Assembly: GCA_965261735.1 (NCBI GenBank)
Contig: OZ253470.1
Location: 3,968,001-4,032,000 of the forward strand
Direction: 5' to 3'
DNA: 64,000 nt
DNA from: Alphaproteobacteria bacterium
GTDB lineage: Bacteria > Pseudomonadota > Alphaproteobacteria > SHVV01
A program made the position numbers and the translations under genes. Below, in pieces: positions 60,475 to 64,000 of the stretch (its first letter is position 1; the number at the start of each line of letters is the position of its first letter). The notes below the pieces were generated by a model that saw nothing but the letters and a program-made list of their open reading frames with translations, was not told where the DNA came from and did no database searches.

Positions 60475-60814
60475 CGGTCTACGGCTTGTCCCTCGGGCGC
60501 GGCAGGGTAGGTCGCGGCGGCTCGCGACAGCAGCGGAGCATAGGCCCGGCCGTGCGCGGCGACAAGGCGGCGGGGTCGCAAGCCCGCGGCCATGGCGCTT
60601 GACCCCCCGCACCGCTTCGATGATGCTGTGGCCCAACTCGACGGGGCCGGTGGCCGCTCCTTGGCACTCTCGATGCGGTCGCCGCCAAGATGAGTCCGCG
60701 TAGTTCGAGGTTTGTTGGCGGTGCCGGCCGCTCCGAGGCTGAGCCGGGTCCGTGGCACATGACACGTCCGACCAACGAGGCGTGCCTTAGCGAACAACTA
60801 GAGGGAGACACGGA

Positions 60815-62419
60815 ATGAGCAGATCCCGAAATTTCCGGAGGGGGTGCGCCGGTTTGGTGCCGATCTTACTGGTTGCCCTGACGCTGGGCTTCGCCTGGCC
60901 GGCGGGGACGGCCGCGGCCCAAACCGAGTTGAGGGTAGCGGTCAGCACGTTCACCGGCGAAAAGGTCGACCCCATCAACGGCGGCTTCGGCATGCACCAG
61001 TATCAGGCGCCGATGTACGACTATCTGGTGACCATGAGCCGCGACCGCAAACCGAGCCCCGGCATCGCCGAGAACTGGTCGATATCCCCCGACGGCAAGA
61101 CCTACACCTTCAATATCCGCAAAGGGATGAAGTGGCACAACGGCGACCCCCTGACCGCGGAAGACGTGGCCAACCACTTCGATCGGATGGAAAGGGGAAC
61201 GGGCGCCTTCGTCGGTCCGTTCCGGACTAACATCGCATCGACCGAGGTCGTCGGTCCGTACAAGATCATCTTTCATCTGAAGAATCCGTGGCCCGATTTC
61301 ATCGATTTCCTCGGTCCCGGCGACACCTCGGTGGCCGCGATCACGCCGAAGAAGTACACCGACGAAGTGGGCGACGAGGGGTTCCGCAAGAACCCGATCG
61401 GCAGCGGCCCATGGAAGCTGATCGAGCACAAGACGGGCTCCTACTTCCTCTATGAGGCGGTGAGCGGCCATCCCTATCGGCCAACGCCCGGATTCGACCG
61501 CTTGCGGGTGATACTGGTGCCAGAAGAAAGCACCCGCGTCGCCATGCTCAAGCGCGGCGAAGCGCATCTCGCGGACATCGGCTTCGACTCGGCCAAGGAG
61601 ATCGTGGCCAGCGGCAACCAAGTGCTGGAGATTCCCAACTCCGTGCTGGTGTTCGTCAGCTTCCTGGGCGCCTGGGAAGAGCGGGCCAAGACGCTCAACA
61701 TACCCGTCCGCTGGGACAACAAGGGTGTGCGCAAGGCTTTGGCGATGGCGATCGACCGCGAGGAGTTGCTCGAGTTCATGGCCCTGGGCAAGGGCCGGCT
61801 GGCCCCTGTATTTCCTGCGTTCCCGGAGGGTTTCGGCTGGAATGAAGCGTGGGCCACGAACAACCAGACGCCCTATGATCCCGAGGGAGCCAAGCGCCTG
61901 CTCGCCGAGGCGGGCTACGCGGACGGCTTCAAGATCAGGCTCTACACCTTGCCGATCTCCGGGGCCCAATGGCTGCCCAAGATGGCGCAGATCGTCGCCG
62001 ACTATTGGAAGAAGATCGGCGTCGACGTGGATCTCGTCTCGACAGAGTGGGGTGCGTTCGGACCGGTTGCCTACGGCCGCCCGGATGAGGCCCTCGGTGC
62101 CGCCTACACCTTCCGCGTCACGCAATCTTCGTTCCCGATCGGCCGCATGACGAACTACGTGTCGGCCAGGGGCAAAGCCCTGCTTGCCAACGTCCCGTGG
62201 GACGACGATCACGCCGCCGTGGCGCAGCAAACCGACATGGCGAAGCGGGAGAAGATGTTCCAAGACTTCATGCTCAGGTTGAAGGATACCTACACCCTGA
62301 TCCCGGTGATGTACGTCAACGCCCTGTTCGGCGCCAGCAAGGACGTCACCAACTGGGTGCCCTACAACGGCTGGCCGAGCGCCGGCCTGTCCTACGAGTA
62401 CTTCAAGCCGGCGGGTTGA
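60815..62419 (+). CDS. Peptide/nickel-type ABC substrate-binding protein (family 5)
   Basis: Signal; PGIAENWSIS.DGKTYTF.IRKG.KWHNG.PLTAEDV; PIGSGP; YDPE.AK.LLAEAGY. Confidence 0.92.
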   Translation: MSRSRNFRRGCAGLVPILLVALTLGFAWPAGTAAAQTELRVAVSTFTGEKVDPINGGFGMHQYQAPMYDYLVTMSRDRKPSPGIAENWSISPDGKTYTFNIRKGMKWHNGDPLTAEDVANHFDRMERGTGAFVGPFRTNIASTEVVGPYKIIFHLKNPWPDFIDFLGPGDTSVAAITPKKYTDEVGDEGFRKNPIGSGPWKLIEHKTGSYFLYEAVSGHPYRPTPGFDRLRVILVPEESTRVAMLKRGEAHLADIGFDSAKEIVASGNQVLEIPNSVLVFVSFLGAWEERAKTLNIPVRWDNKGVRKALAMAIDREELLEFMALGKGRLAPVFPAFPEGFGWNEAWATNNQTPYDPEGAKRLLAEAGYADGFKIRLYTLPISGAQWLPKMAQIVADYWKKIGVDVDLVSTEWGAFGPVAYGRPDEALGAAYTFRVTQSSFPIGRMTNYVSARGKALLANVPWDDDHAAVAQQTDMAKREKMFQDFMLRLKDTYTLIPVMYVNALFGASKDVTNWVPYNGWPSAGLSYEYFKPAG

Positions 62420-62545
62420 GCGCGGCTCTAGTCGCTCGCCGGAGTACGCGGATGTAAAGACCGCCACGTTGCCCACGCCGGCCACCAGGCCGGCGAGGCG
62501 CAGCGTGGCGGTCCCTTGCCACCGCGAGAACGGGGGCACGCTTTC

Positions 62546-63469
62546 ATGCTGCGCTACGTGGTCGCGCGCCTCCTACAGGCGGTACTCACGCTTTTCCTTC
62601 TGTCCATCCTGATTTTCCTGCTGGCACGGGTGCTGGGCGATCCCGTGGCCTTTATGCTGCCCTTCGATGCGCTGCCCGAGGACATCGAGCGCATCACCAA
62701 GATGCTCGGCTTCGACCGGCCGTTGCACATCCAGTATGCCGACTTCCTCATCAGCGTCTTGCAGGGTGACCTCGGCGTGTCGACGCGCCAAGCCGTGCCC
62801 GTCACCGAGCTGATCGCCGACCGCTGGATCGCCTCGGCGCAATTGATCGGCGTTGCCATGGCATGGGCCATCCTCGCGAGCCTCGTCCTCGGCATCCTGG
62901 CCGCCGTGTACCGTGGCGGCGCGATCGACGCGTTCGCGCGCGTCCTCGCCATCATCGGCCAGTCGGCGCCGCCGTTCTGGGTCGGCATCATTCTCATTCA
63001 AGTCTTCTCGGTATGGCTCGAGCTGTTGCCGTCGGCCGGAATCGGCAGCTTCGAGCACCTCGTCCTGCCGGCCTTCACCATGGGCCTGTTCGGTATTGCC
63101 GGCATGACGCGCCTGCTGCGCTCGGGGATGCTCGACGTCCTCGACAGCGAGTACGTCAAAAAGGCACGTATCATGGGCGTGAGCGAGAGGGCCGTGATCT
63201 GGAAGCATTCGCTGAAGAATGCCTGCCTGCCGGTGTTGACCTTTACCGGCGAGTATTTCGGCCTCCTGATCGCCGCCGGGGTGGTCGTCGAGACCGTGTT
63301 CGCCTGGCCCGGCATGGGCCGGCTCGCCTACGACGCCGTTTTCACGCGCGACTACCCGCTCATCCAGGGCGTCATCATGGTGATCGCGGTCTTTGTGCTG
63401 TTCATGAACCTCGCCGTTGACATCCTGTACGCCTACATCGACCCCAGGATTCGCTATGAGCGTTCGTGA
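62546..63469 (+). CDS. Peptide ABC permease (DppB-like)
   Basis: LGFDRPL..QY, GDLG.S, LVLPAFT, R..ML.VL.SEY, VE.VFAWPG.G, DPRIR. Confidence 0.92.
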   Translation: MLRYVVARLLQAVLTLFLLSILIFLLARVLGDPVAFMLPFDALPEDIERITKMLGFDRPLHIQYADFLISVLQGDLGVSTRQAVPVTELIADRWIASAQLIGVAMAWAILASLVLGILAAVYRGGAIDAFARVLAIIGQSAPPFWVGIILIQVFSVWLELLPSAGIGSFEHLVLPAFTMGLFGIAGMTRLLRSGMLDVLDSEYVKKARIMGVSERAVIWKHSLKNACLPVLTFTGEYFGLLIAAGVVVETVFAWPGMGRLAYDAVFTRDYPLIQGVIMVIAVFVLFMNLAVDILYAYIDPRIRYERS

Positions 63470-64000
63470 ACCGAGCGCGCCCGCCGCACCCGTGGCGACG
63501 CCGACGTCGTCCGGTGTCTCGCCCTTTATCATCCTGCTGGGGTCGCTGGTCGCCATCATCGTGCTCGCCGCCGTCTTCGCCGACTTCATCGCGCTCCACC
63601 CGGCGGACGAGGCATCGTTGCGCAACCGCCTCAAGCCGCCGTTCTGGTTCGAGGGCGGAAGCATGCTCTACCCGCTCGGCACGGACGATTTGGGACGTGA
63701 CATCTGGAGCCGCATGATCTTCGGCGCCCGCGTCTCCCTTAGCGTCGGCCTGTTCGCGGTCGGTGGCGCCGGCTCGGTCGGCGTGGCGCTCGGTCTCGTC
63801 GCAGGCTACATGGGCGGACGGACCGACGCGGTCATCATGCGCTTCACCGACGCGGCATTGGCGGTCCCCCTCATCCTCGTCGCGCTGTTGTTCGTGGTCA
63901 CCCTGGGCCAGGCCTTCATCAACGTCATCATCGCGCTCGCGATCCTGCTGTGGTCGCGATACACGCGCGTCATTCGCAGCGAAGTGCTCTCGCTCAAGGG
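63456..64000 (+). CDS. Peptide ABC permease (DppC-like), runs off the window end
   Basis: RLKPP, LGTDDLGRDIWSRMIFGARVSL.VG, AGY.GG..D. Confidence 0.9.
   Translation, partial: MSVREPSAPAAPVATPTSSGVSPFIILLGSLVAIIVLAAVFADFIALHPADEASLRNRLKPPFWFEGGSMLYPLGTDDLGRDIWSRMIFGARVSLSVGLFAVGGAGSVGVALGLVAGYMGGRTDAVIMRFTDAALAVPLILVALLFVVTLGQAFINVIIALAILLWSRYTRVIRSEVLSLK

Noticed and set aside
60475-60814. Riboswitch or small gene between the fused ABC transporter and the peptide ABC operon
   Set aside because: No recognisable riboswitch motif and no ORF with a convincing start or family signature

Overview
GC-rich alphaproteobacterial (Rhodospirillales-like) chromosomal window. Bases 1-12280 are mostly housekeeping: a frameshifted MCP tail, rplM-rpsI, argC, gamma-carbonic anhydrase, a pentapeptide-repeat protein, an OmpA lipoprotein, aminotransferase-hom-glpX-recJ and tRNA-Glu. 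The remainder is a mosaic of catabolic, transport and regulatory genes with three IS elements (IS630, IS256, IS1595) and many small lesions. Three features stand out. (1) An operon encoding two paralogous secreted Cys-rich (C)NPC-repeat proteins, one fused to a cytochrome P460-type domain, followed by a His-motif DUF6969-like protein, beside degraded FGE-like and YeeE genes. (2) Two ~2-kb islands, neither encoding a transposase matching its own ends, each beginning exactly at the TAG stop codon of a host gene, bounded by related imperfect terminal inverted repeats and carrying AT-richer cargo genes between GTCCGC..GCGGAC hairpins; this looks like a non-autonomous gene-cassette element. (3) Two convergent secreted-protein remnants, each with a sigma-54 promoter and a pair of TGT-N11-ACA-type boxes 104 bp apart, joined through an IS256 lacking a target duplication. 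All family assignments come from motif recognition by eye; no database searches were run.
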